Notes under the pieces: model-generated | Database searches by the model: none | Seen by the model: the letters and a program-made list of their open reading frames with translations, nothing else | What the model was told of the DNA's origin: nothing | Program-made: the position numbers and the translations under genes | DNA from: a virus | Lineage: Duplodnaviria; Caudoviricetes | Reading direction: 5' to 3' (one strand) | IMG/VR virus record: IMGVR_UViG_3300011977_000007 | Location: 46,264-110,263 of that record | Length of the DNA stretch: 64,000 nt | Part shown: positions 61,169 to 64,000 of the stretch, one piece after another | Numbering within the stretch: the first letter of the stretch is position 1 | How the letters are laid out: each line of letters begins with the position of its first letter

Positions 61169-61915
61169 TTATTTCTTTACTACTTTTGCTACAAGTGTAT
61201 TACCAGATTTTATTTCTGTTATTCTATCTTTTAATAAAGTTTGAATTTCATCTCTTCTTGGTAATCCATAAGAACCATTTACATTTAAATATATCTTATG
61301 ATTATTGAATAATTCCATTTGCTTATTATTATATTCTTTAGTAGCATCTTCTGCAGCATCTAAAGAATCCAAAGTATCAGGGTCTATAAAATTGTAATAA
61401 TTATCAACAAATGCTTTATAATTTCCTCTAACTTTATCTGTAGGTACAAATAAATATTGATTATGAACCATATCATGAATCATTGAAGATAATGGTATTA
61501 ATCCAACCCATCCAATGTAATGTAAATACATTACTTCTTGAGCTACTGCTTCAATATTAGTTGATTCTTTTCGTTGTTGACGTTTTCTGAATACTGCTAA
61601 ACAGATATCATAAAGCGTTAGTGGTGAATGGTGTATTTCTATTTTAACCCTAGAGTTATCTCTAGAAGTTACATTATCTAAGAAACTACAAACATCCATA
61701 CCTTCAGTATTTTTTAAATAAGAAATTAATTCTCTATATTCAAATGAATTTCTTACAGATCTTTCCAAATCTGTCATATATTTTTTGAATGATTTTTCTT
61801 CAAGTAAATCATAAGGCATTTTATCAAAATATGGTGGATTTTGTATTTCTAATATAGTTTGTCCACCATCATTATAAATATCATTTACTTTATTTATTAA
61901 TTCAGGATTTACCAT
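61169..61915 (-). CDS. conserved hypothetical protein (HNH-like His pattern)
   Basis: C..L...EIHHSPLTLYD...H..VH; late promoter at 61934-61945. Confidence 0.6.
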   Translation of the reverse strand: MVNPELINKVNDIYNDGGQTILEIQNPPYFDKMPYDLLEEKSFKKYMTDLERSVRNSFEYRELISYLKNTEGMDVCSFLDNVTSRDNSRVKIEIHHSPLTLYDICLAVFRKRQQRKESTNIEAVAQEVMYLHYIGWVGLIPLSSMIHDMVHNQYLFVPTDKVRGNYKAFVDNYYNFIDPDTLDSLDAAEDATKEYNNKQMELFNNHKIYLNVNGSYGLPRRDEIQTLLKDRITEIKSGNTLVAKVVKK

Positions 61916-62005
61916 TTATATTCACCTCCCGTTTATATAAATGTTAAACCCCTATTTTGCATAAGTTTAGCGTTACGGAATTAACCGTAACGCTATTATT
62001 ATGAT

Positions 62006-62461
62006 TTATTTACTACCAGTTGTGCCGAATCCGCCTCTATCTTCATTTCCTAAATGATTTACTTCCTGTAATTCAACTTTAGGCATAATAGGCACAATTT
62101 CAAATTGTGCAATCTTATCGCCTTTATGTATAATAGTGCAATTTCTACCGTTAACAAAATCTCTTGCTTTTAAGCAAAATACTGCTAATTTCCATTCATC
62201 CGTATCTCCACAATATGAATGATCAATCATACCTACACTATTAGTAACAATAATTCCCCATTTCTTAAATGTAGAACTTCTTGGTAATAAACTAGCTCTA
62301 AATCCTTCAGGAAGTTCCATTGCTACTCCTAATGGAATCATAGCTTCGTCCATTTCATTAATTGTAACATCTTCTGCAGCATATAAATCAATTAAATCAC
62401 CCTTAGGGTTAATTGTAAGTTTTGGTGTATCGTCTGAAAAATATTTAACTTTAATATTCAT
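62006..62461 (-). CDS. dut: trimeric dUTPase
   Basis: DLYA, PRSS, GMIDHSYCG, GDKIAQ, RGGFGTTG (motifs I-V). Confidence 0.92.
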   Translation of the reverse strand: MNIKVKYFSDDTPKLTINPKGDLIDLYAAEDVTINEMDEAMIPLGVAMELPEGFRASLLPRSSTFKKWGIIVTNSVGMIDHSYCGDTDEWKLAVFCLKARDFVNGRNCTIIHKGDKIAQFEIVPIMPKVELQEVNHLGNEDRGGFGTTGSK

Positions 62462-62479
62462 TTATAATCAATCCTCCAT

Positions 62480-62677
62480 TTATCTATATTTTTTACTCCT
62501 ACTTTTCTTATGCGATCTTTTAAGCCATTTGTCTCTATCACATTGTTTCCTCGTCATTTTAATTTGGTTTGATATATTGTCAAGTGCATCTCTTAATCCG
62601 ATTACCTTTTCAGTTGATATTCCTGCACTAAGGGCGCTATTGATATTAGATACAAGACTATTTGTATTATAAGTCAT
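62480..62677 (-). CDS. small basic hypothetical protein
   Basis: GGGAGG RBS. Confidence 0.5.
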   Translation of the reverse strand: MTYNTNSLVSNINSALSAGISTEKVIGLRDALDNISNQIKMTRKQCDRDKWLKRSHKKSRSKKYR

Positions 62678-62687
62678 AATTCCCTCC

Positions 62688-63599
62688 CTAATAATTTTCT
62701 ATATCATTTGATTGTAGATTATTATATTCAGGATCATCTTGAGATAATGCTTCATCTATATCCATATATGTTGTATTATCGGCTACAATAGCATTGAATT
62801 TATCATATTCTTGCTTGAATATTTCATCTATATCGTGAGATGATAAATTACCATGAGATATTTCTTCATCTTCAAAATCAATTTTATATAACGGTTGAAT
62901 TAATTTTTGTAATCCATCTCTAGTTGGATTTTTCATAATACCATTATACACATGGGAAATTTCATCGTCTGTTAATGCAGCACAATGCTTATATACTTGA
63001 TTTTGGAGATAGTATGTTTTACCATCAACAAAATATTCAAATAATTTAAGTAAATGATAACCATTAAATTCTGATGGTAGTAATTTTAATATAGCCGGTA
63101 TATCGCTATAGATTAAGTGATTATACTGAATTAGATTTTTAGGCTCTATATTTTTATTAGCGTATAATGATTCATTTAATACGCCATCATTTATAAAATC
63201 TTTAAAGTAATCGGCTTTAATATCATTATCATACATTATTTTGATGAGTTCAGATACAAATGGATTCGATATATCTATATTTGATAAAATATGGAAAATA
63301 TCTCTACAGTTTACTTTAATAAGTAAATAATTTTTAGGAGTTGAAATAATGATTTCGTTTCCATCTTCATCCAATTCATCAGTATATTCATCATCAGAAG
63401 ATGCAATAAAAATACTATTTATAAATGTAGAAGATAAAAATTCTGTAGCCAATTTACAATATAAATCTGTAAATGTAAATAATATAAATGCGTTCACATT
63501 CATATCTGCATGTATAAATGTAGATTTAATATAATCGTCATCTGAATATTTCTTTTTCTTTTTGAGATTTTTAAACCACTTTAATATTCCCATCTTCAT
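62688..63599 (-). CDS. hypothetical protein
   Basis: 303 aa, GGGAGG RBS. Confidence 0.6.
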   Translation of the reverse strand: MKMGILKWFKNLKKKKKYSDDDYIKSTFIHADMNVNAFILFTFTDLYCKLATEFLSSTFINSIFIASSDDEYTDELDEDGNEIIISTPKNYLLIKVNCRDIFHILSNIDISNPFVSELIKIMYDNDIKADYFKDFINDGVLNESLYANKNIEPKNLIQYNHLIYSDIPAILKLLPSEFNGYHLLKLFEYFVDGKTYYLQNQVYKHCAALTDDEISHVYNGIMKNPTRDGLQKLIQPLYKIDFEDEEISHGNLSSHDIDEIFKQEYDKFNAIVADNTTYMDIDEALSQDDPEYNNLQSNDIENY

Positions 63600-63999
63600 C
63601 CTCCCTTATTAATCCTTTATCAATAAGTGTATTTTTAAGATCATTATACTTCTTTAATTCTGCTAAGTATAAATTACGAAAATGATTAGCCCTGCTCATA
63701 TAACCATCCAATTTCATTAATACTTCTGTACTATTTAATTTGAAGTATAATTTCTTACCATCAAATACATTATCTACATATTTTGTAGTATAAATATGCC
63801 TACTACTATCTTTATTACTAAATAAATTTAATAATATATCCATACTTATATCGCTATAAAACTCGCTATTTAGATATGGGTAACTTGAACTTGGTTTTAC
63901 TATAGTTTTAGTTTGCCCCTTACCCCTAACAAATACAATTTCTTTATTAGATTCATATACTATGGGGTATCTTTCTCTAACAATTTCTGCATTTGCTTG
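63571..63999 (-). CDS. hypothetical protein (5'-truncated by window)
   Basis: Frame is open from the window end through the 63571..63843 ORF. Confidence 0.55.
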   Translation of the reverse strand, partial: QANAEIVRERYPIVYESNKEIVFVRGKGQTKTIVKPSSSYPYLNSEFYSDISMDILLNLFSNKDSSRHIYTTKYVDNVFDGKKLYFKLNSTEVLMKLDGYMSRANHFRNLYLAELKKYNDLKNTLIDKGLIREDEDGNIKVV

Positions 64000-64000
64000 T

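Noticed and set aside
1104-63534. Short antisense or overlapping ORFs in the track (e.g. 1104-1382, 10356-10697, 27396-27698, 57356-57640, 58592-58906)
   Set aside because: Shadows of longer genes, no RBS, atypical composition
1-64000. tRNA or rRNA genes
   Set aside because: No cloverleaf with T-loop GTTCRA context or rRNA-like stretch recognised by eye; tRNAscan-SE would confirm

Overview
Very AT-rich, gene-dense segment of a jumbo phage of the phiKZ/AR9(PBS1)-like lineage (split multisubunit RNA polymerase genes, AR9-like promoter motifs). The anaerobic RNR, CHAP endolysin, XkdX protein and strong GGAGG RBSs point to an anaerobic Firmicute host (inference). 1-12.4 kb: tail-fibre/receptor-binding module. 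It contains five related adhesin-like genes; four have a poly-G tract (G11, G11, G11, G14) nine codons after the start, all out of frame by the same +1. 13-23 kb: endolysin; an RNAP beta-prime C-terminal subunit gene with two group I introns, the first carrying an intact-looking TnpB with its own phage late promoter and long-range RNA pairings around it; nrdD with two group I introns (one with an HNH-AP2 ORF); nrdG. 27.6-38 kb: baseplate/structural genes. 38-64 kb (minus strand): small early genes (QueC-like, DUF1653, Tad2-like); an RNAP beta-prime N-terminal gene broken by five group I introns with 7-nt and 8-nt micro-exons that split the catalytic DFDGD motif; a tandemly duplicated gene pair; PolB-like, kinase-like, RNase H and dUTPase genes. 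Nine group I introns in total; no tRNA or CRISPR array seen. Coordinates and splice junctions were derived by eye; family assignments come from motif recognition, not database searches.
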